Shown piece by piece: positions 1-12,945 of a stretch of DNA of 64,000 nucleotides. The stretch is from contig JAQGDQ010000327.1 of NCBI GenBank assembly GCA_030141605.1, forward strand, positions 204,147 through 268,146, read 5' to 3'. Source of the stretch: Tubiluchus corallicola. Lineage: Eukaryota > Animalia > Priapulida. Both the position numbers and the translations under genes were made by a program. The notes beneath the pieces were generated by a model, which saw only the letters and a list, made by a program, of their open reading frames with translations, made no database searches and was not told the DNA's origin. Position 1 is the first letter of the stretch, and every line of letters starts with the position of its first letter.

Positions 1-611
1 AAAGCTGTTGCCAGTTTGAAAAATTAACGAGAAGGAGTTAAAAATGCAATCAACAAAATGGCTGCCAAGTTTTTGCACAAATTCAAACTCAAATTCAAAA
101 TAATTTATTGATTTAACAAATCATAATCACATAAATTGGCACACAGTTTTGAAATACAATATACAATCAGTAAAAATGTGAAAATGAAAAATGTGACGAT
201 GAAGGGAAACTTAAGAAGCCATGGCTTATGGGAGGCCTCCTATAAGTATTTTTTATAATAATTTTATGAAACAGTATACTTTAGTTGTTAGTGGTTAGTA
301 ATTTTGTGCACTACTATCCTAAGATTAAAAGATGCTCCCTGTTCCAAGGAAACATTACACAGTTGAGTAGTACAGATTGTACATGTTTGTGTGGTTTAAG
401 GACCCGTGAGTATAAGGACCCACTATGAACCCACCCCTATTTTTAATAATGAAATTAGTGGTGTACTATTGGTTACCTACCATCGCAAAGGTTGCGAGTT
501 TGAAACCACAAACAGAGAATTTTTCCCTGGAAAAAACACCAAAACACACACACTACAACACAAACGTGGAAATTAACATTATAAAGGTGGACTGTTGTGA
601 CCAAAGTTCTT

Positions 612-614
<3 letters not shown>

Positions 615-698
<84 letters not shown>
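615..698. repeat. (GA)n microsatellite
   Basis: Pure GA dinucleotide run; source of the spurious RE/LS ORFs. Confidence 0.98.
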
Positions 699-699
<1 letters not shown>

Positions 700-702
<3 letters not shown>

Positions 703-1400
703 CTGGTCCACATAACAAAAGTATTTATGCCATTAAGAAACACTACAATAGCGGAACTGTTGACTGAACTCATACCAGTGCTAGAGACGTTTTGTGGTGG
801 TTCTGTATGTACGACAAAGCTAGTAGATTGATGTCAATTCGCAAACGTTTTTTGAAGGCAATTTCTCCAACATGTGTAACAATATCATCGTTTGACTCGG
901 GTTGGAAGAGGTCCACTGAGCTGACATGGGAACTACAATAGACATTAAGACATGAAGCATGTCAACAACTTATTAGATGTTGCAGCCAGCCAGCCAGCGG
1001 CGTGCTGTAACAGAAAATTGTCCAAGGAAATCTTGTTTGCACAGCTCTGTGAAAATGTGGTGGTGAATGTGACAGATTGCTAAATGTGGTAATGTTATCT
1101 ATGTCATCTGTAATCAAGGATAATATGATCCATAAATTCTGGCTTGAACAGTTCGTTTTTTATTGCTGGCCTTTGGCAGCCATCTTGGCAACCATCTTGA
1201 AATCCCAAATAGGTAGTCTTATTTTTCGAGCCAGCAACAGCTTTTTGGGGATTCAGCATAGTCAAGTTGATAAGACTAATGGACTAATGATAATGCTCTA
1301 ATGGCGACCATTTTTTGAATAAAATTAACAGAAATGGATTGCTTAAAGCACAAGAAAACTCTACTTACACAAAAAAATTCGTCTTGAAATTTATACCACT
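700..1400 (+). mobile_element. Possible decayed DNA-transposon 3' relic with a Cys-rich (CXC-like) C-terminus
   Basis: Broken reading frames around 920-1075 give ..LIRCC..CCNRK..LVCTALC..CGGEC, a C-terminus typical of large invertebrate transposon ORFs. No termini could be defined. Confidence 0.3.
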
Positions 1401-2558
1401 TACATACTGCCTTTTTGTATATAGGCTTTGTGTCAGCAGTAATGCTGTATAAAACTTGTAAGTTTACACTCCTGTTAGGCACAGCCATTTTAATGGTGGT
1501 TCATCTGAAACAAGTTTAGATAACATTGCGTGAAATTTGAAAAAAATGAACAGAGCTTTCATAGCACACATGTCATCAACTAAGTAAAATTTTACATTTC
1601 CGCATCTTGTCAATAAGATTAAAAATACGTTTCCTGTTTGGTGATTGTGTGGGTGGAGGGTAAGCCATTTTTTGGGACATAGTTTAACAATGCCTTTTCT
1701 TCTCCTGATTTATGTGTGAGTATATGACGTCATGTAATGGCGCCGTCGGAACAGTATTGCGGGAGATTAAAAGTGAAAGCAAACAAATATGAGTATGATA
1801 TATGCATAAAATTGGTGTAAAGTAATATAATTTTTAAGGAGATTTTTCTGAAACCTACTTCAGGTTCCCGTTTTCTTGTGCTTTATGTCAAACTGTCCCG
1901 GAATAGATGTTGCAATTGCTTCTTAAAGTTAATTTTCTGGTAATTTTTCAAGCAGGCAACAGCATTTTTCGAATTCAGCATAGGCTAATTGACTGACTAT
2001 GTTGCTCACTTTTAGAAAAAAATCCCCGCAGAACATTATAGAAGCACATTTTCAAGATTTGAGCTTAGACTACAACAGCATTTTACTTTTATAATGTTCA
2101 CGTGCGTCCATGTACCTTACTGTCACCTGCTGCCATCTATATAACAAAAAGAAAAATTACACGACGTCTCCCTTCTTTAATGTTTCAAAACTGCAAAATA
2201 TACAGGGCTCAAGAAACTTCAGCAAGAACTATCACATTGAGAAGTGTGAACTGAATTAAAAAGTATGCCTGTATCTTAAAACACATTGAGATACAGAACT
2301 AACAAAATTATTCGTTAGGAACGTTCGTTACTAATGAAAGTTCGAATACTGAATTGCCTAGTTACAACTCAAATATGTGTTTTGGCTTTTGCAGCACGAC
2401 CCAAAAGAATAACAATTACTGGTTTGCCAGACTGATCAGTTTTGCCTTGGCTAAGGATGTCTTGACTATAACTTGCAATACCTTCATTACTATCATTAGA
2501 AACCAAACGGAAAGAAGATTGAAGTTTTTATCTATGAAATAAGCAAAATACCAGTCAC

Positions 2559-2641
2559 CTTTTGCAGCACTCTAGTCTTGACGAGTTCTGTCTGTAAGTG
2601 TGGTGGAGTCACTTGTAACAAAGTCAAGACGGATATCTTTA
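2559..2641 (-). CDS. ZnT1/SLC30A1-like zinc transporter, coding exon 6 (end of TM6, start of cytoplasmic domain)
   Basis: ttttag|TA AAG ATA TCC..: (L)KISVLTLLQVTPPHLQTELVKTRVLQK|gt, matching the CDF 'ILLQTVP' region. Phase 1 start fits exon 5. Alternative donor at 2552. Confidence 0.8.
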
Positions 2642-3464
2642 CTAAAAAATTAATGCAGGAAAGTAAATAATTAAAACTTGGATAAGAATTTTAAATTACT
2701 ACAAAACTGCAATTTTCACAACATGTAATACGTCGGTTCATTTTTTACTTTTTCTCCCCCAAATATGCCATTTTGCATGCGTCTGAAGTGTTAACTGAAG
2801 AGGTGAGGTTGTACTGCCATAACAAACCAGGAAATCAAAACTGTCACACTTCTGGATGCATCCTTTAAGTGTCTTGCAGCTTTTTCAGGCCTAAAATATA
2901 TAGACAATCACATCTGGAGTAAGAAGTGAGCATGCGATTTGAATAAGTTTTTAATCCGAAATTGATTTGAACCTAAAATTATGAATTCCAACAATTCACC
3001 ATTTCCACGGCATACTTTCTTTATCATTTAAAACGTCTGAAACATCATGCAATTAGCACAATTTTGACCACTCTCTGAGCACATTTTCTAATAAATTATT
3101 GGTTTTTACTGCAGAATAAATTCAAGTAATCTTTGGGAGACTGATTTTTATTTGTTATTCAAAAATTTAAACGAAACCTTACAAACTGAATTCGTTTCGG
3201 ATTCCAAATGTTGAAATTCAGTTTGGTTCAAGCTCGACAGACAAAAATTCAATTTGATTCGTATTCGTTTTCTGATAGAGAATGCTCATCCCTAATGCTG
3301 AAGAGGTCAAATGCTGAAGATCGAGCTTCCCTTCTACTTTACTTTTTTCGTGATTTCAAATTAACACTCATTCGTTACATAGCTTTAGTGTTGTAATTAA
3401 TAACGAATGAAAGAACTATCTAATGAGGAGAAATGAAACTTGGTTGAGATTTATAACAACTTAC

Positions 3465-3508
3465 GTAAAGGAGCAGCAGTCGTAAACATGATGCAACAGA
3501 GAAGTAAA
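3465..3508 (-). CDS. ZnT1/SLC30A1-like zinc transporter, coding exon 5 (44-bp TM6 exon)
   Basis: ttattccag|T TTA CTT..CCT TTA C|gtaag = (S)LLLCCIMFTTAAPL(L). Phase 2 start and phase 1 end exactly bridge exons 4 and 6. Confidence 0.8.
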
Positions 3509-3799
3509 CTGGAATAAAACAAAAATACATTCACAAATAAAACATAAATATGTATCATGTATACCTGTACATCAGATTGAAAAAGAAAATTAAACTAAGT
3601 TAGCTCTTAGTGGCACTATGTACACTATGGTGGTAACTTAATTTCCACAAGATGAGAAACATTGAGTACATGGATTTGTTGCACAAGATAAGCTCATGCA
3701 GCCTAATTTTTTGTGTATGTTACATTTGAATTTATTCATGACCTGATCTATCTGTGTATATTCTAATTATCTGTTTGCTTATACTGATGTTTTTTTCTG

Positions 3800-4900
3800 A
3801 TTTTATTTATTTATTTATTAAATATATCCACAATGATCATTACAGCATTGTACACAAAAGTATTTAATAATATATTTATTATTATGTGCACAAGATGCCA
3901 AGCCGCAAATGACCCGTGGGGTACTCAAGAAGTAATTACTTGTTTAGAGTATCCCAAATGAATATGGACTGAGTGTAACAGTAAAGGAGTAGAAAGAAAG
4001 GTTAATAGAGAATAGAAACAAGGAGAAAGATGTGATGGTATCTGTATGAAGTAACATGAACTATAGAAATGTAAAAATTGACATAGCCAGCAACACAATG
4101 GATTCCGACAGGGACAGCAGTGTAATTAATCAAATTGATTTATTCTGTATAATTAGAAAAGATTTCACTTTTAAAATTTCTTTTGAAGTTATTTATAAAT
4201 AGAGAATTTTTTATGTATTCGTTGATGTTATTCCAAAGTCTAGGGCCAGTGTTAGTGATGAAGTGCCTTGCCATGTCAGTCCTGCAATACTTAATATGAA
4301 ATTCGTTAAATCTTGTTGAGTAATGTCTTATGTTAATAGATAATGGGTTTAAAAAGAAAGCGGGGTGAAGTTTATGTTTGGTTTTGTAGATGTACACAGC
4401 GGCATTCAGGTTTATTAGATCATTTAGCATTAGGATAGAATAATTCTTAAATTAGTGGTTTTCACTAAGGCTTTAAGATCCTTGTTCAGTAATTTCTAAT
4501 CTGGCTAAGGCGTTGTCATATATCATACAAAGATTATCATATTTAGTTTCCAAAGATGTTTGTCCTGCCTTAAGTTCCTTCAAACCAATTTGTATTTTGC
4601 CCATTTCAGACATCATTTCTGCTCTAAAGTTTAACAATTCAGACAAAAGGTTTATGTCAGTATTATATTTCATTTTACCTTCATGTTGTCTCCCTTACTT
4701 GCACTTTTTGACATCGTTGCAGTTGTAATTTCTACAGTTGATTCATGACATTTTGTTTCCATAAGTGATTTTGACTTGGATCTTGTTGTAATGGACATCA
4801 CATGCCACCATTTATAACTTTACTGATCGAAAATGCACCATCGTAACATGAACTTCGAACTTGATCACGTAATATTTATAAACATGAGATTTATCAGTAT
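3800..4900 (-). mobile_element. Internally deleted CR1/L2-group LINE (ORF1 5' part fused to ORF2 3' end)
   Basis: 4473-4798 encodes an ORF1 N-terminus (MSITTRSKS..LKELKAGQTSLETKYD) similar to 52637-53584. 4140-4430 encodes the ORF2 C-terminus (RTDMARHFITNTGPRLWN). (TAAA)n tail at ~3802-3820. Confidence 0.7.
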
Positions 4901-5219
4901 AAATATTATTCAAGATCGTTTAAGTTCTTATATAGGTAACATGACTGGCTTCATGTGCGTGTATGTAAACTTAAAACATAAAATTTTTGCACTCAGTCTT
5001 ATGTTATAAGCTAGCATGGGAGCGAGCGTAAAAGACGTGCGCTCGCTGCAAAACCAGTTTGACCATTTGACATCTTTTAATATAAAGTCCCTGGGTGGAG
5101 TGTGCGCCATTTTATTCTTCTGGCAGAATTCGATTTTACGTGTGATAAACATATTATAATTTTAAATAAATCTTTTTGTATTAGATAATTGCAATTTATC
5201 CGTGATTATATTTATATTT

Positions 5220-8200
5220 TGGTGCCTAACTGCCGGGAAAAGGGAAACTTTCTTGTGAGTATGGCTGAATGTGACAAAATTAAACACTCTAAAAGTAGAT
5301 AAAAAGGTCGGGTGAAGACTGGCATAAAATAACTGAAAGAGGTTGTGTCTAGTGAAACGTCTAATGTTCAGCAAAAATTAGAGAACCTTGGAAAATATAT
5401 TGCCACCTTTAATGAAGCAGAAGTGCAACTAGATTTATTTAGAAGGTGAGAAGTTGAACAAGTGATTACAGAGGCAAGTGAATTAATCAACACAGCATAA
5501 TTTATTTCTGCTCGGGCATTAAATTTGCTAAAACCAGATTCAAGACCATGTAGTCCTAGTGATTTCCAGGGACATGCAAGCTATATCAACTAATAACTCA
5601 GTCGGTGCAGAAGTCACAAATGTAAAACTACGTAAATTGCACCTGCCAACTTTCAGTGGTTACCCATTAAAGTTTTGTGAATTTTGGGACATGTCCATTG
5701 CGTCCGTGGATGCTAAACCTATATTAGACGTTCATAAACCTGTTTACTTGAAAAGCTTACTTAAAGGTGAAGCTGCTCACGTGATAGATGGCCTGCCGCG
5801 TGTAGACGGCAATTATAAGGAAGCTGTTGCTTTGCTAAAGAAGAGATTTGGTGAAAAAGATGCAATCGAGATGTCATTATTAAATAAACTGTGGCAGTTA
5901 GATGTGGCTGAAGCCCATTACTGATTCAAAAAATACTGAAGTGCAGGGAAATTTTGTAGACGAGCTTGAAGTTGTTATAAGAGGCCTCACTGCAATGGGA
6001 CTTAGTACAGAAGAATTAGATAAAACCCTAAAACCTCTCTTTCTAGCAAAAATTCCATATGACTGGCGTGTTGAATGGGAACGAATGAGAAGGCATGAAG
6101 ATGACACAACATGCTTTGTAAAGTTTCGACGGTTCATGAAAAGCGAAGTTGATATTAGACAAAGGCTGCTTTATATACTCGTCATAGAGAGTCTAGTGAA
6201 TATAGTCGTTGTGCTGGGTGTAAGAATTTAGGTGTGAGGAGCACCCTTGATTCAATTTCAGTTCTTCAGTCTAGTGATTTTAACGAAAATACTTAATAGG
6301 CACCTTCAGCTTCAAAGAATTCCCATTGTTTACTATGCGGTGGAATTCAACATATGTGGCGTGATTGTGCTGCCCTTGCTACTATGACTTTGCAAGAGCA
6401 AAAGCAAAAGTATGCCGAGCAGCACCGTTATTTTTTGTGTCTTGGTTTAAACCACAGAGCTGATACTTATCGTAAACCTCCATGCAAGCGATGTAGTAAA
6501 CGGCATCATTATTTATTGCGCAATTCAGTTACTGGCAGCTCCCAGGTGAGTCCTTATGTTACAAGAGGTTCAAATGCTTCTGATGCAAATATTGATTTCC
6601 ATCAGTTCATTTACAGTCTTTTGGTACGAATGTTATATTCTTAATGACTGCCACTGCTGTTTTGGAAGGTGCCAAATCGTCAATAACTGTTTGTGTTTTA
6701 ATAGATGTTGGTGCCACTACCTCTCTTATTTTATGTGATGTTGCAGAGCGAGCAGGCTGTGAAGTTATAGGCGACCGTAACCTTTCGTTAGCTATTATGG
6801 GTGGACTTAGCACACCGCAACAGAAATGCCACATTGTTCATGTTAAACTTCGAACAACTTCGAATCTTTAACGCCACCACCGAAGATAAACTAGTGAGAC
6901 CCTTTCCAACATGTTCTGAGGGTGATTGGTTAGGAGACTTAAAGGGCATGATCCTAGGTCATCCTGAGATTCTTAGTGGCAATCCACGACAAATTCATTT
7001 GCTTGTTGGTAGTGATGTTTATCAGCAAATAATGGGCTGAAAGCATTCCTTTACGCTGCAAAACGGCCCCACAGCTGTTGATTCAATATTTGGGTGGATT
7101 TTGCATGGTCCCTGTACCGGAAAACAGAACAAACATGATGGTGATTTAGTTTGCTGTATGCAAGTGATTGATGAATCTGCACCCGTAAATGATCTGGCAG
7201 CGATTCTAGTCCTTAGACGGTGTTGATAGTCCTACTGATGAGCTTTTCAGTGTAGTGATTCTTTAGTATGGCAGCACTTTCAAAATAAGATACTTTGAAG
7301 ATGGACGATAAGCTTCACTATTAAATAACTGACAGTCTGCTGAAATACGAAGGTGTAAATTAGAATCTAAGTTGACTGTGAAATTGCACGTGCAATATGA
7401 TTTAGAGATAAAATCTATAATTCAGTTGGGTTTTGGAAAACCAGTGTCACATTTAGCCTACAGTATACTATTTGCCTCAGCGACCCGTTGTTCGTGAAGA
7501 TAAGGAAACAACAAAGATTCGACCTGTTTGCAAGTGCTAAGGGTCCTAGTGGTGTGTCTTTAAATACATGTTTTAAGATCGGTCCTAATTTAATGCCTGA
7601 GCTACCAGATATTATGTTGCAATTTTGTGCCAATCCAGTTGGATTTTACAGTGATTTAGGAAAATGATTTTTAATGATTGCAGTGTCTGGCGAAGATCAG
7701 AATGTTTTGCAATTTTTGTGGCATGGGAGTGAATATAAATTTGTGAAGCTTCCGTTTGGTGTATCCAGTTCTCTTTTTCTTTTGATGGCTACCATTGCTA
7801 CACATTCAGATTTTGAAGGCAGCAATCTTTCAGCTGAGATGAAACGTTGCATGTACATGGATAACTATCTGAATGTTGCTATAGACAGTGAACAAGCATT
7901 AGTGAAGATTAAGCGTACTATAAATGTGATGCAACAAGCTGGCATGAATTTGCGAAAATGGCACAGTAATGATCAACAAGTCAAACAAACCCTGCTGACA
8001 GAGAGTGAATTTGTAAAAATTCTAGGCTTGCATTGGAATACTAAGTTTGGTACATTAGCTACAGCAGTACGTATGCTTGATGCAAATATAACTAATGTGA
8101 CGAAGCGCCATATACTCAGTGTAACTATACCTTTGTTTGACCCTTTAGGAATGGTCTGCGGAATATTGCTAGGTGGGAAATTAATTCTCTAGGATCTTTG

Positions 8201-8472
8201 GAGAAGTGGCATAGGTTGGGATGCATGTATCGTTAAAGCAGTTTGATTCATTTTGTGTGCAACTTAGGCAACTGTCTGACCTTAAAATAGCATGGTACCT
8301 TAATGTATGTAGTAATTACTCTGTACATGTGTTCACTGATGCTTCTGTCTTAGGCTATTGTGCTATATGTTATGTTCGCCCTGAAACTGACTGCGAAGTA
8401 CAAGTTTACTTTGTGTTAGCTAGAACTAGAATTAACCTGTAAAACAAATTACTTTTGCCTCGCTTAGAACTA
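5220..8472 (+). mobile_element. BEL/Pao LTR retrotransposon #1, 5' part (degenerate gag, protease, RT, RNase H)
   Basis: Gag KLRKLHLPTFSG..FWD..YLKSLLKGEA; Cys/His knuckles 6330-6515; protease LIDVGATTSLI; RT LPFGVSSS..YMDN; RNase H FTDAS..Y..PRLEL. Many stops and frameshifts. Confidence 0.9.
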
Positions 8473-8530
8473 TTCAATTCAATTTATTTATTAACTCCGC
8501 AAGTATTATCAAAATACAGTAGTAGAAATA

Positions 8531-11500
8531 GTTTAGTTTAGTTTAGTTTAGTTTATTCACCGTAATGATTTCACATAACATAAGTAGGCAACGATAACTA
8601 TATAACTAACGAAATTAAAATTTAACTACAAAACAAAAAATCATATACAGAGGGCAAATTTCTTTACCGAATCAACAAAAATATTGCGTTTTAATGTAGG
8701 GGCACAATAGTTCTGCTCTCATACGTCTTAACACATCTCCAACAATATTTCATTAACGACGTTAAATTTGGGGAGTGCATAAGGTTATAAATGCTAGAAA
8801 AGTTCAACTCAGAATGTTCAATTCGTAAATCTTCTGTCACCGGACATCTCAATAAGACGTGGGCTTCTGTTTGAACTTCTTCCCCACATGTACATAATCT
8901 GTCTTCTCTCGGTATTCTGGACCAACGTCCGGTTTTTATCATGAGATTATGCGATGACGTCCTAAGTCTGGTAAATTCAACTCTTTGGTAGTCCGGGATT
9001 TCAGATTCCATATCATTATAGACTTTATGAGGTTCTAAACATGGGTTGAGTTCTATAAATGTCAAAAATTTTGTTCCCGTTTTGTTACGAATTTTTGCCG
9101 GAACATCGTCTTTGATATCAGTAGAAAGGATTTTTTGGAGGTACTTGTATCCTTTGGTATTGTTAGTTTTACATAAATTCCAAACAAACATAAATGGATC
9201 ATCCACCATACCAGTTCTTTGACTTATCAGTTTCAATAGCAAATTTCTTTGTGACTGCTGTATTCTATTCTGGAGGCTGGGAATTCCAGCTTCCGCTAAA
9301 CAAATCAAATTTGCCGTCGTTTTCCGGACTCCAAGTAACGCTTTTACTGCTGTCATGTACACAGTGTCCAAATGACCGTACGTGTCACTGAGCCAAGATT
9401 CACTACTATACAATAATGCGGGTAGAAATGCAGCTTCGAACACTTTCATTTTTATCCATATCGGGAAGTCTACGTTTTTTGATACAAAGGCAATGAACTT
9501 CCATAACTGGCCTTGTTTACCAGTACAATGTTCGTCAATTGAAGACTGGACTTTTCCATCTTGGGTAAATGTGGCTCCGAGGTACACGTACTTCTCACAA
9601 TTTTTAACTTCGATATTGCGAACGATCATAGTACATTTATCTTCAACGTCACCGTTGATTACCATAAACTTTGTTTTAGAAGCATTTATTACCATTCCGT
9701 ATTGTTCGCAAAAGTCCAGTAAAATGGAAAATTTGTATTCGGCCTTCTCTCGAGTCGTCGCTAATAATACCGTGTCGTCCATGAGCAGCAATGAGTGCAG
9801 CCAGCCCAAATATCCATCAGGATCACATCGACGTTTTAATTCTCTAATTATTTTGTTTACGTAACACGTGAACAAAAAACAGCTGGTTGGGCTCCCCTGA
9901 CGTACTCCAATCGCCGCACCAAGAATAAACTTTGTGTCCGCGTACAGTTCAGCAATCGCAGCTAACATCGTTCCGCCACATCCAAGCGACTTCAAAACTT
10001 CGAGTGAGGCTTGTCTAGGCACTCTATCGTAAGCTTTAGAAAAATCAATATAGGTAACATATAATTTAGTCCACATCCAAGCGACTTCAAAATTTCGAGT
10101 AAGGCTTGTCTAGGCACTCTATCGTAAGCTTTAGAAAAATCAATATAGGTAACATATAATTTAGTCCGCTTAGATTTCGCATAATTAATCAGTAATCTCA
10201 ACGTTACAATGTGCTCTGCACATCCTCGACCGGGCTGCGCACCAGCTTGTTCCCGCTCCGGACGGTACCACTTCTCTAATCGCTTACACAGAATGACGTC
10301 ATACAACTTAGCTAAAGTGTCCATGATACTAATACCCCTATAATTTCCACAATCAACTTTATTTCCTTTTTTAAATAAGACGATTAATCGCGAGAACACC
10401 CATCCTGCTGGGACATGAACAGTTCGAAATATTATATTAAAGAGTAGCGTTAAAAACATTATCCAGTTCACTGGCAGCCATTTTATTATCCCAGGTGGGA
10501 CTCCCGACGGTCCACCGCTCTTATCGATTTTTAACAAGCTAATGGCATCATCCACCTCAGTAGGAGTAAAAGGATCATCCAAAATAGGAATATTCGGGCA
10601 GTCATTTACACCATCAAAACGTACAGGTGGTGTATCCGACGGATTCAACAAGTTCTCAAAATGACTTTTGAATTCTTCATCTGTAGGCTGCTGTTCACAA
10701 GTTTGTTCAAAGTTTTTCACGGTTCCGTTCCAATCTATCTTACTCCATATTGTTTTTGAATCATTACACTTCCCAAGTTCGCTCCAATTAGGTTTCGCAA
10801 CTTGTTCTTGCTTTCTACGGTTATTTGCTGCATTATTTCCACAACCATACAGTATCTCGTTAATTCGAGACGTTATTTGGCTCACGTCGGAATCTACTAT
10901 ATCGAAGATGTCAAATGGATCGGGTAGATTTTCTACAAACTTCGCCTGATCGATTCTATCACAACGCAGTTGCCTATTCGGTTTTGTAGCATCAATGTCA
11001 ACTTTACCCAACTCAGCCAGGCGAGCTATGATATTTAGCGGATCAAATGTGTCTAAAGAAAACGAAGCGGTAATAGGCGCATGGTCAGAAGGGAGAGACA
11101 GATTTTCCTCCACTAAAAAAGATCGTATGGTCGGAATAAGGTTCGGCGTAATAAAACAATAGTCCAGCTCCGATATCCACTTTTTTCCCTGCCGGTACGT
11201 TGGCTTTGACGGGTACCGCGTTCCACTAATTTTCAAACCATTCAACAGTATCATTTTTGAAAATGCACTGCAACCAGTTTCGCATTGTGATTAGGATTAT
11301 TTAACAGATCCGTTACACCTTCATACGACGAACAACATTTCAGCTTTTGATCCGATATAGCCTCTAAGAATTTAGGGCGCAAATATCCGAAATGGCAATA
11401 CAAGTCACCGATGGCGATCACTGACAAATCAGGATTCCTATTCAACTCGCCACTAATCCGGGACAGACATTCGGTGGTTGCGTACGGAGAATCACTAGGG

Positions 11501-12945
11501 GCAAGATAGCAGCACACAATCATCAAATTCGGTAGTGATCTCAGTTGCAACGTAATGAAGTCTGAGGTGGTACAATCTATTCCGTGTATATCATATTTCC
11601 ATCTATCACTAACCATCACCGCACAACCTCCACGATGACTATGTTCTCTATTAGTTTGAAAGCAACTATACCCAGGTAACTTTAACAAAACAGGTGTCTT
11701 AATTTCATTTAAGCAAATTATATCATAGGACTGTAAATGTATATCCAAATTATCCAGTTTATTTTTGGCGCCATTTATGTTCCATGAAAATATGGATAAA
11801 TCAATAGAATTGTTCAATAGTTTATCGTTGCCACCCTTTAAAAATCCCCAAAACGAGGTCGCCATCTATCTACAACAACATCATCACATAAAATCAATCG
11901 TTTATCTTTATCGAAAATGACGTCTTTGGTCGTATTTGCCGGGTCTTTTTGCCATTTTTCGAAATTCGCATATAGACGCCCCCATTCCCACCTAACGGCG
12001 GGATTGGAGTCCTTACGTACTTTAAGGTTCGCGAACTGATGACCATGTTGCGATATATCTCTCATTTTTGTAACCGTTTGGTTACGTATACTCACGTTTT
12101 CCAACTTCACCAAAATCGGTCGGGCATTCTGTTGATCAACACGTTTCTTTCCGATGCGCTCTACTATAAAATTTCCCATATCACAATCCGATGTTACTGC
12201 CATCAAAGACACTTTGTCTTTGTCAGTGGATTTATTCTGCCAAACCTTTTCCGGTACTCCCTGTATTACTAGGTTATTCGAGCGCTGCCGACTGTCCGCT
12301 TTCTCTAAGTAACGTACTTGATCGTCTATAGCCGACCAGATCATTTTGTTTTCTTCTTTTAGTGCTTGATTTTCCTTTACCAAATGGTCTATCTTTTCAT
12401 CATATAACTCTAATTTTCCTCGATTCGGTTAATTGACGTCAAAGTCGTGATATTTAGCTGCTTTATCTCAGCGAGTGATGGTTGGTCACTGTCCTCAGTT
12501 CCATCGCTTCCCTCACCGCGGCACTTCTGTCCCAGGTAGACTTGCCAGCAATGCTTCTTCCAATACTTTAGCTAAACTTGCTTTCATTTTGAATTTCCGT
12601 TCCAGAGCCGTAGCGTCTAATCCTAGGCATTCATCGAGCTCAGCCATTATCCAATGTTAAATACGGAAATCACTCACGTGAATCCAGGTCACTGGTGAAT
12701 AGGTGAAACAAGCAGGTTTCACGCCAAAAAGTCTAAATTCACCACTGTATCTGATAAAAACGAAAAACGTTTTATCACAAAAACTCGGAACTGCTGCTTC
12801 AAAGAAATTTGAAAGTGTCACTATCACCTTTCTTGAGTTTTCACAATCCTGTTGATATAACTTGGTATAAAATTTGCGTACAAAAAATGACAAAAATCGC
12901 CAAAACGTGGGAGACCCAAAACCTACGTGTGCGCTCACTACATCT
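8531..12945 (-). mobile_element. Near full-length LINE (RTE-X-like) nested in the 3'UTR of the outer LINE
   Basis: (ACTAA)n tail with AATAAA at 8531-8558; ORF1 ~11838-12646; ORF2 8691-11865 with APE (SWNING, CLNE, SDHAP), RT (YIDFSKAYD, GVRQG, LMDD) and C-terminal RLCTC..EAHVLLRC. Broken by a few frameshifts. Confidence 0.88.
9976..10165. repeat. 95-bp tandem duplication inside the RT
   Basis: ccacatccaagcgacttc...ataatttagt at 9976-10070 and 10071-10165 with 2 mismatches; causes a frameshift. Confidence 0.95.

Noticed and set aside
473-831. ORFs rich in RE/LS dipeptides (also 30283-30711 and VC repeats at 62716-63067)
   Set aside because: Translations of (GA)n or (TG)n microsatellites.
5220-5245. 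Primer-binding site and 5' LTR for BEL #1
   Set aside because: TGGTGCC start is suggestive, but no matching second LTR was found, so no LTR was annotated.
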